From Antedon mediterranea (lineage: Eukaryota > Animalia > Echinodermata): a DNA stretch of 64,000 nt. Below, in pieces: positions 39,101-54,100 of the stretch. Under the pieces are notes generated by a model. It had not been told where the DNA came from. It saw only the letters and a program-made list of their open reading frames with translations, and did not search any database. The stretch is from the NCBI RefSeq assembly GCF_964355755.1, contig NC_092670.1, positions 672,201 to 736,200 of the forward strand. The letters run 5' to 3'. The translations under genes and the position numbers were made by a program. Position 1 is the stretch's first letter. Every line of letters starts with the position of its first letter.

Positions 39101-42100
39101 TTGAAAGTGTTCCAGTGGGTTACCAAATTACCAAAATAAATGTCAGTAGAATAAATATTTACCTCAGTAGTGTGTCCAGGCATTCTGTGTGAGTTCCAGA
39201 AGCCCTTCCCCTATACATAAAGGCATCTAGATGAGCACCTTGATCAAGTCCTCTCAAATAATGATATGGACGCTGGAAACTCGAACTTTTAAAAAGCTGA
39301 TCGTCCATCAAGGGATCTTTGAAATCTCCTTCAAAGAAAAAAAAACATAGCTTTACAGACTATGAAAATTATTGAAAAATACTATGGTGATTATTATTGG
39401 GCATTATTGCAGCCTTTGGTGTGGTCATTAAAAGATTTCTTCTGGGTGCAGGCTTTTGGTAAGGGGAGGGGTGGAGGTTATATGGGACAGATTAAATTGC
39501 ATAGAGATAACCTCTCGTTATTGACCGTAAATTGGTTGTCTTTAAAATAAATTTATTACCTGTTAATTGATTTTGTGCTTTATCCCTTTCCAACTTGTTT
39601 ACCTCTCTGGGTGGTCGACACAAAACAGTTGGCAGACTCTCATAGAAACATTCTTTGCTGGATTTTTGATCACTCTAAATCAATTAAAAAAAACAACACT
39701 AGTACAATTCTTTGTTTCTTTCAGCAGACTGAGCTAGTTGATTATAGTTTAATATAAATAGTGATTTAAGTTTAAAATAAGACTAAAAAACACATAAATA
39801 ATAACAAACCTTCCCATCATCCTTAGATTCTGTTTCTTTTGGGTCAAGAGTGACCTCTACAAGATAAAGGTCATAGAATTGTCTTCGCCAGACAAAGCCA
39901 TCAGAGCAACAAACAGTGTTTAGTACAACAAGGTTGAAGAGAAATTGGTCCAAACCTCCACACACCTACAAAAAAGGCAATAAATAGTAAAAGTATAACT
40001 GAGTAAATGTACAATAACATGTTGAAACTTCATCAAAGAATACTCACATTTGGTGAAATATCTAGATGGAAAATCCGAGGAAAGCTTGAATTATTTTGTT
40101 GAATATTCCTGATCAATATTCTTGCAATGTCATGCTCTTGGACAGTCAGTGTCTGTAATGGGACAGTGATGCAGCAATCTTGCCTCCTGCCAGTATGGTG
40201 AAGTTTCTCTTTGTATCGTTGAACCAGAAGCGATTTTCCAACACCAGGTCTTTTAGAAGACACAGTCTGTACACATGTTCTACAAAATTTGCAAAAAAAA
40301 CCAAATACTGATCTTATGCACTGATTTTGCTGTAATGAATGTTACTAAACAATTGGAAAGTGAGTCTAAATTTAACTGTAAAAAGAGAGTTTTGCTTAAT
40401 GATTTCATAAAAATTCAATCAAAAAATCAATATTCTGTATAAAATTGATAAAAATTACAAATAAATTCCTTAAATATAAACTCAGTTTCAATCTAATTAA
40501 GATATTTGTCATGCATTAACCAGCTAACCTCTGATTGGTTAAACTGGCTGCTGGATTCAATCCTCGGTTTGTTGGTTTAACTTGTTGAATGAACTGTTTA
40601 CAAAGGTAAAGCTGGATTTCCTCTCGCTTATGGCAAATTAATTTATCTGATGAAATGCGGTCAGAGTTCAACGCTGCCACCATGTGAGACTGGTCTTCTC
40701 TTTCCTGATTACAAATGATCACAAGTTTGAAACCTAAAAAATAAAAATATTAAACAATACCTTTGTAGCAAAAAGCAAACAAATATTTGAATAGAAAATC
40801 GGCACCACTGGCAGGTAGGAGATATGTCTCTACGATCCTCTAGGTCATGGGACAACTAGATACGTAGCTCACAGCACTTGAGTGTGTGTCCTTATCCACC
40901 TTACATATGGACAGGTACTACATTAATTGTGTTTACTTACCATGTTTTCCCTTCATTAATTGAGTAAGCTTATTAACAGCCTCAACACTGACATCGTAAT
41001 TTAAGGCATCTGCATTCACAAGGCAGTATGTCTTTTTATTATCGCCATTTACCACCCGTCGCCATAGCAACACAACCTGTAAATAAAAGTTGGGGAAATT
41101 ACTTTCTTAAATTTGTAATTGTCCCAATAGTAAAAAGGATATGGAATCTCCTCCAGGAAAAAATTTCAGAAAAAACTGGAGCCAATAATAATACTACTAC
41201 TGTGATATATTGTTTGAAAGTTTGCATGGCGAAATCATATGTTGATATAAAGTTTGTGATTCAGAACTACATTATGTGGTGTACCGCAAACTTTCAACAA
41301 TTCTACTACTGAAGTAAGATGAGGCCGATGTTAGTTATCACTGGAATAATGTAAGCCATTGTATACCTCTTCTAGACTGGTTGCAGAATTACACAGTAGC
41401 ACTTCATCATAGGTTGGGAGACTTCCATTGTTTTCCATGTAAATAGAGAGTACGGTGTTAAGAACGTTTCCTGAGAGTATAAACAAATTTGCAGTGAAAT
41501 AAATACAGTTTACATAGATTAATAAAACCAAAAATAATTGTATTTACCTTATAAGGCAAGGAAGTCTAAAGCTCAAAGAGAAAAGCACCTTCAACTACAG
41601 TTGATTAAATTCAAAAAGAATATTCAGAATGCTGACTTTTTTTAAAAATCAAAATCAATTATTTTAAGATACTTACTTGTAGGGCTAACAATGAGATTAG
41701 GATGGCCTGGTTTAAAAACTTGAGGGAAACTTCTCGTTGTTCCTAAAAAAAATATGAAATTTTATTTTATGCTATGAAAAATATAGATAGAATTATAATT
41801 GAATATTCAAAGAATGTTAAGTTAAAATATAATCTATTTCATAATTAACTAAAAAGAGAAGATGTATTTTTCCTTTGATGTGACATGACACATTTCATTA
41901 ATTAACAAAGATGGCCATCTTATCTTTTTTGTGCCTCACCTATTATTACAAGTTTGACTTACCATCAGATGAAGCCAGACAGCGTAAAAGTTTTCCTAGT
42001 GTCTCCAGACTAGCATAGTCTGACAAGTCTACAGACTTTGTTAAGCTTAGATAGTTTTTCCATAAATTTTTAAGCTTTTCCACAAGAGTTCTGAAAGAAA

Positions 42101-45100
42101 GAATAAACATTAAAACCTTTAGCAAATTTTATTACTCTATGATTACTATGATTACTTTATACTGTTTAAGCTTGCCTTGAGCACTTTGTGGATATGTGCG
42201 CTTTATAAATCTTATTATCTTATCTTACCCATTTACTGCTTTCATTCCTTTCAACAAGTCATTCCTGACATTCTCAGTTCCCAAACCTTGATTCTGAAGA
42301 CTGACTGGCGGCACTTGCTCATTTGCCTTCTTTTCAAACTTATCCTGAACTACTTTGTTCTTTAATTCTTCACCATCATTTCTTTGAAGTTCAGACAGCC
42401 TACAACCAACTCTAGCAATGAATCCTGTCACCAGCTCTTCTAAGATTTCTTCTTCATAAGGGGTATTCAATAGAAACTCAACTGCTTCATCAACATCAAG
42501 TGATTTCTTGTCTTCTACAAATGCCATCGTCTGTTGTTCATCCACCATCTCTTTCATTTCATCCCAGAACTCTATCAGTTCTTCCTTGCTTTTGTCTACC
42601 ACAAATTCTTGTGGTGTGGCATCTTCTCTTAAAGTTTCCTCTTCCATAGTTGAATCATTGTCTTCAGACACCTCAGCAACTGCTCTTCTCAAATTCTCAT
42701 TTGTACAATTTGGTCTCACAAGGCTTAATAGGGCATATATTTCTGGACTGATATCTTGAATTCCAAACTTTGCTAGAGCCCGCTGCAGAATCACAAGTTG
42801 TTTCGTCGTGTAAACATTCAGATGATAGAAGTCTTCTCTTTTTTCATCGATATAATCATACCAATGCTTCAGACTTGCTTTCATAAAAAGAAGCAGCTCT
42901 CTTAATATTTCAGTGAGCTTTTGCTTATTGCCAAACAGAGCTTTCTGGTCAGTGACACAGAAATCAACTTGAACTGGAAATCTGCTTTTCTCATCACAAT
43001 TTAGAATAATCTTAAGGTCGGTGAAGAGCACATTTCCTGATGCACACATTTTGTGATAGTATGTTTCCAGTTCCTGAGCCCCATCAAATACCTGCAAAAG
43101 AAAAATAATTTATGTAATTTTATGCAGTGTTGACAGCAACCTTAATCTAGGATATTTCAGCAATTTGATGAATATGCAATTGGATAGAATATTGACAGTT
43201 AAATATATCTTTTAAGGGTTTTTTTCACTGAGTTGTCTACATATATAACTTTGAAAGAGTACAGAACTTTATATGTCCGTCAAAAACTAGCCTACCTGAA
43301 CCTATACACCCTTACCTCTACAAAGTGATCAATTTGTTCTTTGGCATCAGTGGTTTTGTTGGCCTTACCAGCGACAAGCATCAACTTACTCTGTAGGTCT
43401 TTCAGTTGCTGTACCGTGTAGATATTTTCTTTACTATTTTTCACTGGAACTCGAAGCTTTAAACTTCCCTATAATAAAATTACAAAAATACAGCCATGAA
43501 TTCAACATTTCAATTTTTTATCAGAGAATTTTAAAATAGAAATTTTGGTAGAGGTATAGAAATTTAATATCTAACTTCTTAAACTGAGTCAATACCATAT
43601 TACTTTTTTAATAATTACTAAATAACTATTGGTAACTAATTATGCATGTATTCAAATTTGTGTTTTTTCAATATTTTAATGAGTTGGTCTATAAATAAAA
43701 CATTTTATTTATTAAAATTTTCAATTTGAGATTTCGCACGGTCTGGCATTTTAAATCAATTCTATTTTCATATAAATGAATACCTCAGCTAGTTTGCCAA
43801 TTTCATAAATCCCGCCTGCATTAATTCTTTCCACTTGACGTAATGAAGTCACTTCTACAGCTCCATGTGATTCCTTAATACCTTTCAACCATTCCATGTG
43901 ACAAGAAATATCTCTCTAGTAAGGAGCCAAAATGGTTAGGTTAAGAAATTATGACATTATATAATAAAAAATCATCCAGGCTTAACACAGTGCACAAATA
44001 ATGTCATGCCTTACTAATTTCTCTGACAACTGTGGATCATTCTCCAGAGCTTTCCATGTTTGGTTGCAGATGTGCATAAGATCCTTATAACCAGTCTCTT
44101 CATTTAGATCAAAAATGAAAGCTGAATAGCCAGTTGCAGCCTGATGGAGATAGGCAACTCTGTCCACTTCCATTGCAGTTTCTCCAGCTTGAATCATTGC
44201 AAGGTCCACAAACACCTTTAATTCTTGCATACCTACAGAACAAAAAATAAAAGCATTTTCAAATGTATGTGATGATGTACTATCCCTAAATAAAGATTTT
44301 TGAATAGGCCATTTAGTACTCGACTAGTATGTGAAATTGAAATGGTACGTATATTTAACAACAAAATGTGTAAAATGATTTCTTCAGGGGCCAATAAAAC
44401 ATACTAAACCACACATATATTAGATACTGTATTATATGCTATTATTTAATGTACATGTTTAGCTTTGATGTATCAACATTTAACCACCAAATACTAAAGG
44501 TAACTTTAAATATTCTTAAATAGCACATTTTTGCTGGTCAGCCTAAACCTAATGTTTTATATCATTTTTATACAAATTGATTTTCTCTAAAATATGTTTA
44601 TCTAATCAATTTTGATCTTCCAGAATGCCAGATAAATATTTGAATGTGCTAACTTACTTTTTATTTCATCTTTTATCCATATAATAAGGTTGTGACTTTT
44701 CAATAATGTTTTCAAACAATCGCTCTGTTTATTTGTGACATTTTCAAGTTCTGTACAAGCACTTGCCACTCCTTTGTCTAGATCTTTTAGGCATTTTTGT
44801 TTGAAATCCCTTTTATCCTGAAAGTATATAAAATACTGTAATAAACCTAAAACTGCTTAACAACATTTAAAAAAAAAAATCACAATTTACAATTTTGAAG
44901 ATGCTATGGTTACATTAAACATGGAATGAAATGACAAAAAAAAACTTACGTACCACAAATAAATATATATATATATATATATTTATGAATTAGATAGAAC
45001 ACGGGCGTCTATTACACGGTGTTTCGCGTTAAACGATCTTCAGATAGACTGAACAATACCGTATCTCGAGGTGTTATAAGGCTTTAGTCAGGTGGTATGT

Positions 45101-48100
45101 AAATTTTCTTGTTATGACGACATTTTGAAATCAGTTCAGACCTTTTGTTTAACAAATTTGTTTTGTTTGCATTTAGAATACATAGCTTTTCATCTAAACA
45201 AAGACTACAACGCCCATAAGCGGCATTTTGCTGCCTCAACGCATCTATATAAATATATATTTATATTTATCGTTTCAAAAATTAATTTAATAGTTTTCAG
45301 TGTATCACCGGGCGGTTTGGAATTTATTTCTATGCCTGTTGTGTTTAAATATATATATATATATATATAAACACAGTAGGCAAAGAACATTAATTCTAAA
45401 CCGCCCGGTGATATACTGAAATTTTTTTTTTTGTCTTGTGTGGATATACTGAAATTTAATTAATTAATTTGAAACGATAAAGATGAGGAAAAAGACCACT
45501 GGGGCTTTCATGGTATTGTTCAAACTCGATTGGATCGACTCTTTAACACTCTCGGCGTGGTACGGCGGAACAGCACTAGTCCTCAGTTGTACACACGCGC
45601 AACAGAGATCGAATTGATACGCCCTCATCTTACAGTATTTTTATTCACAAATAAAATAAGCAAAAATGTAAATAAAAACAATAAAGTAAAAAACAGCCAG
45701 AAGATATATATATATATATATATATATAAATCCAAAGGCAAATTACTGAAAAAAATGACAATGCTGTGGGTATCAGTGGCTGGATCTCAATGGAGATACA
45801 AAAATAAAAAGCGAAAAGCTAAATCAAAACGATAAAGTAAACAGCCAGAAAAGTTAGAGCTTTCGGGCAACACTAGCCCTTCATCAGTGCAAGTGAAGGA
45901 ATTTGGATATTTGGATATATATATATATATCTTCTGGCTGTTTTTTACTTTATTGTTTTTATTTACATTTTTGCTTATTTTATTTGTATCTCCATTGAGA
46001 TGCAGCTACTAGTACCTGCAGCATTGTCATATTTTAAGTAATTTGCCTTTAAATTACTGAAAACATTATTTATATTAATTGATGTTATAATCTAGAAAAC
46101 CTTGTTTAGAATGAATTTTCAAATCAATATGCAGGTTTGAAAAAAAATGTTCAGAATAAAATAATTTTACCGTTGAACACAAAATGTCTACAACTCTGAA
46201 GTCTCCTTTCAACTGAAACGTTTTTTGGATCTCTTTGACAGTATTTGCTGTTGCAAGACATTGCGAGATTTGACGATAGAGACGGATCTCATCACAACGC
46301 TCTGTGATCATGTACATAGGACAGCTGTCAGAATTGAAGATTTTCAAATGTGACTCCAATTCTTTTTCATGGATAGATGACAAGTTGTTGTCAACGGACT
46401 GCAATGTGATATTACCAAATATCAAGGATTGACTGAAGTCTTTCAACTCTTTCTTGACATTTTGCCATATTCTCTTCTCTACATCGTCCAATGTCATCAG
46501 ATTTCCACTTCCTCTTCGTTGCATTAATTCTCTGTGAATGTTTCTTTCCCAGAACTTTCGGAAGACCAAACTCAAGTGAATTTTTTGAATTTCTGGGAGC
46601 ATTTCAGCGACTTCAATTGAAAAGTTGAAGAATTTAATTTTTGTTGATGATACAGACATAAAAATTTGAAGAATGTCAGATGGCCAGCATAAATTATTTA
46701 ACTGCAGTGGGTCTTTATCAATGCTAAGTAATTCTTCAGTTCCCTTAATATCCACTGCCAGTACTTTCCTTCCACTGTTGTCTTCTACAATCAAATAAAA
46801 GCCAACAGTAATATTTAGTTATTTCTTTCAGGGATAAATAAAAAAGGGATCAGTCTTTCATCCCCTGGTGTGCAGTACTGTAACTGTCCTACTTGTTACC
46901 ATACACGGCCACTGAACATTACCCCGTTTAATAATAGCTAATATAATTAAAAATTTAGGAACAAACGATACAATATTAAAATCAGTGGTGGATCCTGGCC
47001 TAAAAATCGACTTTAATCTGTACGTCGAGCTGATAAAAGACAAAATTATTTTCATTTTCTACCATTAATTTGTGTTAGAGATTTGTTTGTAACTTAAAGT
47101 TATCACTTATTCCAAAATGACAAATTTGATACTGTATAGTAGTACAGTAGGCACAATTACGCTTAAGTATTTTGATATTATTATTATTATTATTATTATC
47201 TAAAATTTAACTAATTGTTGTTCACGTTCGTGCCCCCTTGCTGTGAAACCTCTGGATCCTCCCCTGAAAATGCAGGCAGAATTCAAGGAGCATTACTAGC
47301 TGGAAAATAAAGGATTGTTTGATCATTTAATTAACCACTTCATCTTTCACTTGGGGCATAGTTGAATTTCAACTTTACCATAATAGATATCTTTGCACAT
47401 TGTCATCATTACACCAACATTAAGTGAAAAATCATCAAGCGTATTTAGTTCACGTTCTCGCTGCCTAATTACTCTCCGCACCAAAACATCAAACTTTATA
47501 CTAGTCACATCAGGTGGTAAGTATTTCTTTGCGATTCTTGCAACATCCATGACGTCACAAAGTTTAAAGAATTCTTGTCTTTTCTCTCGAATCAATTTAA
47601 GATCTTTCACTGTAATTGTGCCATTGAAAACGCTTTCAAGAACCTTGTCTTCCATCAAAGATTTGGCTTTAATGAGCAAAGACTGGGCATCTTCAGTTAG
47701 AGCAATACCACTTTGGCCTTTAGCTAAAAGAGTATTCAAATAAAATGTCCTTAAATCTTGAAAAGCATAACAATTTAGGCGTCATGTCCAAATGTTTTTC
47801 AAACTGACAAAGCGCGTTAATCGCGTTTTCTTTTGTTTTAGCGTTAGCGTGAAAATTCTAAAATCGTCAGACCGTTTGGAAAATGGACAATATGCATAGA
47901 TTGTAATAGTTCCGCCCACTAACATGCTTGACTGATTTTTACGAATCGTTTAACGTCGTTGCGAATCGCTTCGTGAACGTCGTTTAACGATGAGTCATCA
48001 CAAACAGGCCCAAACAATTCCCGTTTCAGTTTGCCTTTTAATTAAGAGAGTTTGTAGCTGAATTATATTGTTATTGTTGATAAGTTTGTAACCTCAACAA

Positions 48101-51100
48101 ATAATTTAATATTAATAATAAACAGGGGCCTGGAATGTTTTTTAGTCGCTTTCTTTTACATAGCCGACTGAAAATATCATTAGGAAGTTCATACGATGAA
48201 CTAAGCACCTATAATAAGCAACACGATGTGCCACGCCACCGGTGAACTACCGTATTCACATCTCACTTCTAAATGCATTAGCGAACGTCTACAGTAGCCG
48301 ATCGATAAAAAAAAAGGTTTTCTAAAAATAGCAGCAGTGAATGCTCGGCCGACCGTCGGTGTTCGTGCGCTCATAGATTGCAGGCCGATAACATAAGAAA
48401 GGTAAACAAGTACCTAGATGTTGGTCACGCGATATCCCCTTTCTCCTCCTGTTCACAGCGCTCACATGTTTTTACTTCAAATTCTGCCGGTCGGTAATCT
48501 TATTTAGATCGTTGAAAAGATGACTGATCATTAATTTAATTCATTTAATGTTTGATTCTATTTTTGTGCTTTATTTTATTTTGTTTATCTTTATAAATTT
48601 GATTTATTTTCATTAAATTTTTATTGTTATATATGTCTCGTCATATTGTAATTTTGTGAGGGTCCCTAATGATCAGCTTCGGCTGGATGGACCACCCTCG
48701 TAAAATATTCTTGAAAATAAATATATAAATCATTGGCTATTTTTCCGTTGCACAAGGGCCTAGTTGTATTAATAATAATTATTATTATACTTATTAAACA
48801 AGGAATGTGAAGGCTTTTGAGCTGTGTCGTCGCTGTATTTTTTAATTTGTTAACTAAGTTAGAATTTACTAGCATAATATAAATTTGAAAAAAAAAAAAA
48901 TCCATTGTGGATGCGATCTTCGTATATATCGAACATCCGTCGATCCAGAAACGATGCCCACAAAAAAGATGGTAAAACATTCATTCTAAATATGGTATCA
49001 AAACGTTCAAGTCGCTCAAAAAGATTGCCGACAGAGAAGACCGTAATTAATACAGACCTGGGTTTTTTGGCATGAAACGCGATCCTACTCGATGTTTTAC
49101 CTCAACCTCGATAACATGATATTTTTTAACTCAGTACGGCCTGCCGTCCATTAGAGGGTGGTGGATGCTGTGCTGACGACAATAAAACAGTAATTAAGAT
49201 CGTGCACCTGGATTTCCTCTATTTATATCTAAACTGTTCCCAGACTCTGATCCACTCGCATGTTTTCCCACTCCAAATTCTGGTCGGGCCTTTTTCTTTA
49301 CACAATATCTTAATCATTTAAAAGGCCTATGACTGGAAAATCTTAACATGGAATATATATTTATTTTGCATATATTTTGTTGGTGTCCTAACCTAGGTGT
49401 CGTTGTTTTTATAATTCGCTATTGAACCCAAGGTAGGATTAAATAATTTATAGTGTAGGCCGCCGAAACTAGGCTAGCCTGAACTCTCTTTGTGTGAGCT
49501 GAGGTCCACGGGCCCGATGTCGTCTCGTCGGCTGATGTTTCCGGCCAAATTAGGATAACTGATGCATAGGGCGGCTAAAAAAATTGACGTCTTCCAGCTT
49601 TAAATAGGATTTTAATTAGCGAACAATACATTGTTTGTGTGTATTGTCCATGCTTCTAAAGGCGATGACACAGACATTTTAAAACAAACGACGTTTAACG
49701 CTAAACGCGCGTCTAACGGCTAAACAATTACAGTGGGCGGTACAATACTAAATGCATAAATTAATTAGCTCTTTTACGATCGTTGCACGCGTTAAACGAT
49801 CAAGCTATCAACGGTGACCGTTTGACGCGGTTTGTACGTTTGGAAACATTTGGACATGATGCCTTAGTTGAATCTTTATTTATGTAAAGATAAATATAAA
49901 CTTGGGTATCTTGAGTTGCATAAATTTATTTTATCTTAAATTCTTCTGAAAGCAAAAATCAACTTACTGGATGACTTTCATTGTGGGTTAGAAGAAAGTT
50001 GTTTGCCATAAAAAGATTTAAACACAAATTCTGAAATACAAATATTTAAATTAAATTACCTGTCATCTTAAAAAACCCAGCAAGTGGTTTCCATTGCAGT
50101 TGGTTCTGTAGTGTCATGGCATCTGGATGTGATAGTGATTTTTCAAGCAAATGGGAGAATATTTTACCATATTTGGTTGCTTGCCATGGGAAAGTTGATC
50201 TATTAGATCTATTCAAAAAGTCCTCTCCACCTGTACCCTGAATTACAAAAGTAATTTGTTAAACAAAAATAAAATATTAATTTTTTAAAATCCCCAATTA
50301 GAGACCATTTTTCTGTTGAATTGATATCAATTTATAGTAAGAATAATATAATGAAAAGTTTTAAAGAAAATTTAGTTATATACATCTGAAAATTATGAAA
50401 TATAATGGTTTCTTTAAGTAACAATTTAAAAAGTACCTCCATCACTTTTGGTATGACGCCAAACGCAGCATCGGAAAAGGCATCCGCAATCTTGGGGTGC
50501 CAATTCTCAAAGTCTATGTTGCAATAAAACTTCACCACTTCTTCCTCTCCATAATATATCATATTCTACAATAAACCAAATATTGTAAACAAATACACCA
50601 ACCTGTTATTGTGGCATATGTAGGGTCTACAGGTAGGAATCTCACGAAATAGACTACACAAACCAACAGTGGTGTTGGTATTCTATGAGTGAGTGTAGAT
50701 ACCTACATACATATATCATCATGAAAAAGAAGTAGTAAAGTCAAACTAAGAACCAAATACATTAGATGGTTAAATAAATTCAAAACATTTTTTATGCCAC
50801 GATCCATGAGAAATCTAAATGTACCTATTTTTAATACTAATACCAATTTTGTTTTCATTTCATTTCATCTTTTATTTCGGGGAAAATAATACAAAGTACA
50901 AAATTCTCCATAGTTCAAGAACAAATTAGTGTCAACGAATAATGAAAAGTAATAATTTAATAATAAACAATAATTACCTGTTTAATACTTTCCTGTAAAC
51001 TGTGGTATATGATGGATTGACTTTTTTCGTTGAACTCTTCACATTGATAAGTCACACGAAATAGGCAGTTCAAGATTTGGAGCTGAGAAGGTGGAAAATA

Positions 51101-54100
51101 TTTAAAATGGAATATTGTATTTTGGTTCTGAAAGTGGAGACAGTCTTCTTTTATGAATAAACTATACACAATGGAAATTGTGTAATGAATATTCCTAAAT
51201 ATATACATTTCAGGAAGATAAGTTTATTGTGGGAAGATAGAGTAGGTGCATTGGTTAATGAGGAAGAGGAATAATGTGCATGTTCATTAAGTTACAATAC
51301 TCTACTACAGTTTGCAATTATGATATATCTGTACTTACCATATTCTTACTATATCTATTACGATCTACTTGACTCCTGATAATGTCATTCATAAGTTGTC
51401 CAGCATCAAACACATAACTTTCAAATTTCTCCATCCTCTCTTTCAGAGAGGCAGCACTGGAGTGAATGACACACCTGTCCACACTTGCCACAAACAATTT
51501 TAGCAGTAACTCAGCTGTTGTTAAACTCTCATTCGTTTGAAGGCCCATACACATTTTTAACGAGTTGATGATAATTGCTGGTGCTTTGTTATCATAATCA
51601 GTAAGCATAATATCCGGGCTGTAATGCAAAAATAATTAAAAAAAATGTTATTTCAAATTAATCATCAGCAAATACAATGTTCCACATATTTGGTGTTGAA
51701 AGTGAACATCATACATCCCAATAGGACTAGTGGTTTGTGCATAAAAATTATGTTTCCAAACAATTGTTGTGTAATTAATTACAAATAAGACATTTTTTTT
51801 AAATGTATCAATCAACAAAATTGTGTTTGTAAAATAATTGGATGTACATTAAATAAAGTAATTGGGAGATTACTATAACTCCTCAGAACATAGAATAGGT
51901 AATGTGCAAATATAACATCAATAATTATATATTACCTTTCAACATCATCTTTTATCCTCTCATTTATAATGCCAAGAATAGTCTGAAATTCCTAATTAGC
52001 AAAACAATACATGTTAGTAGTTCATAATAGTCATAAATTGACAAAAAGTTAAAATACAAAATAAATATACTATAAATAAGCAAATTGGTAGTTAAAAGTT
52101 TTTAAAACTCTCTGTGCTTGGCAATCAATTACAGTATTAATAGATCCATCATTTTTCTTTAAAAATATGAAAACCCGAACTATAATAGTTTACCTGTACT
52201 GTATTGGTATCCACCCACTTTCTATTATAAAAGATCTGGTAAACAATCCGTGCAACTGCACAACATGTGATGTAAAAGTCAAATGTGGCGATACGGAATA
52301 TTTCGGTCAGCTGAATTAGGTTCATTGATGACAAAAATGTGCACTGAAGCAGAACATCAACTTGGAAGAGCCGCTGAAGATCTGTCAATATTACTGGTAT
52401 TTGTTCCCTAAATAAAAATGATTGCTTTGATAATCTCTCAGTGAACATCAACATGAAAATAAAGAAGCTGATGAAATATTGATGAACAAATGAATAATTT
52501 TGATGACAAAAATACAGGTGCTATTTCACAATCCTAAATGAGACATAATTGAAGTTTGAATAGGATGAAACTTACAAAGTTCTGTTTAGGTGCCTTTTAC
52601 TTTCCTTAACTTTCAGATGAGTATAACCACACCACTGTTCATCATTGTAATTATCCAAAGTTACAGGCCATTCCATCGGCCTTGAGTCACCGCGTAAAAA
52701 ATGCAGAAGTGGGATCACCTGCAACCAAGATGCATTATAAAGGATGTCTGATGTCATTATCACGTTGCACCAAATCTCAAGCGACGCGATTACATCACTG
52801 TTGGGAAAAAGGGTAGCACAAATTTAAACTAGGATCTATATCAAGGAACGATATTGCTTGCAACTTTTTCTGGTATGAAATGAATTCAAATCTTTTACTA
52901 GTGGTAAACAGTGTAAAAAGTAAAATCCAGACTAATCACAATTTTATTTTTATTTTATAGGGGGAACAATTAATTATGTCCCCCAAAAAGATGAACAATG
53001 AAGATTAATTAAATAAAGTTATTTTGTAGTTTTAATAAAGTTAATCAGTTCCATAGAAAAAACGACAACAAATAATGTTTTCACAAATGGCAAAATAAAT
53101 GGTTAAATTCAACCAAAGGTAAATTCTTTTGATCCAATTTTTGGTCGAAGTGAATAAATATTATGTGACATTAAAATGGCATTTTTAACAAAAAATGTAT
53201 TTCATCTGGTTGTGGAATAGGTATTACATAAAATTTCTTTTTGAACAACCAAAAATAGTATAAGCGAACTTACAGTACGTTTCGAAACCTATCAGGTTTC
53301 ATTCTCAACTGGCGTTTCATCGTCTAGCGTTGTTAATCCCATGACGACTACAATGTTTGAACTGTCCACAAGCTTACATAGGGGAAACAGGGAGGGCTTT
53401 AAAAACACGCATAAAAGAACATCGCACAGACACAGAAAACAACACGGGAGGGATTTTAACCAGGGCTCAAAGATCGTCTACATCATCAATCATACATAAA
53501 TCTGCAATAACAGATCATGCACTACAACACAATCACCTCATTGATTGGAACGCTGCTATCCTTGAGAAAGAATGCAACACTCAAACAAGGCAAATAAAAG
53601 AGTCGATCAACATCAGAAAACATGGAAAAATCATGAACAGAGATGAAGGAACCCACGAATTGTCACACATTTATGATCAACTATTGGAGCTATTGGTGGC
53701 GCTATACCAACTCATCGTCGTCATGGGATTAACAACGCTAGACGATGAAACGCCAGTTGAGAATGAAACCTGATAGGTTTCGAAACGTACTGTAAGTTCG
53801 CTTATACTATTTTTGGTTGTTCAAAAAGAAATTTTATGTAATAAAAAATGTATTTAAAAAAAAAATATTTTTTCAAGGGGACAATACATCTTTAATGTTA
53901 CTATTATACTTACATGAGTAAATGATTGAATTCTTTCTTTATTTCTTCAATAAGAAAGCAATACTCTTTCTTGTCAAGATTAGGAGGTATAACCAATGCA
54001 CGTTGTAAGCTAACAATTTCTTGTGTTTTGACATCCAAGCTAAATATTCTGTATATATGAACAATAGCTAATGCTGACATCATTGTTTTCATGACTGCAT

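Noticed and set aside
48900-49300. Harbinger transposase gene
   Set aside because: Only a faint FDTIFRM-like trace and no sustained ORF or DDE motifs.
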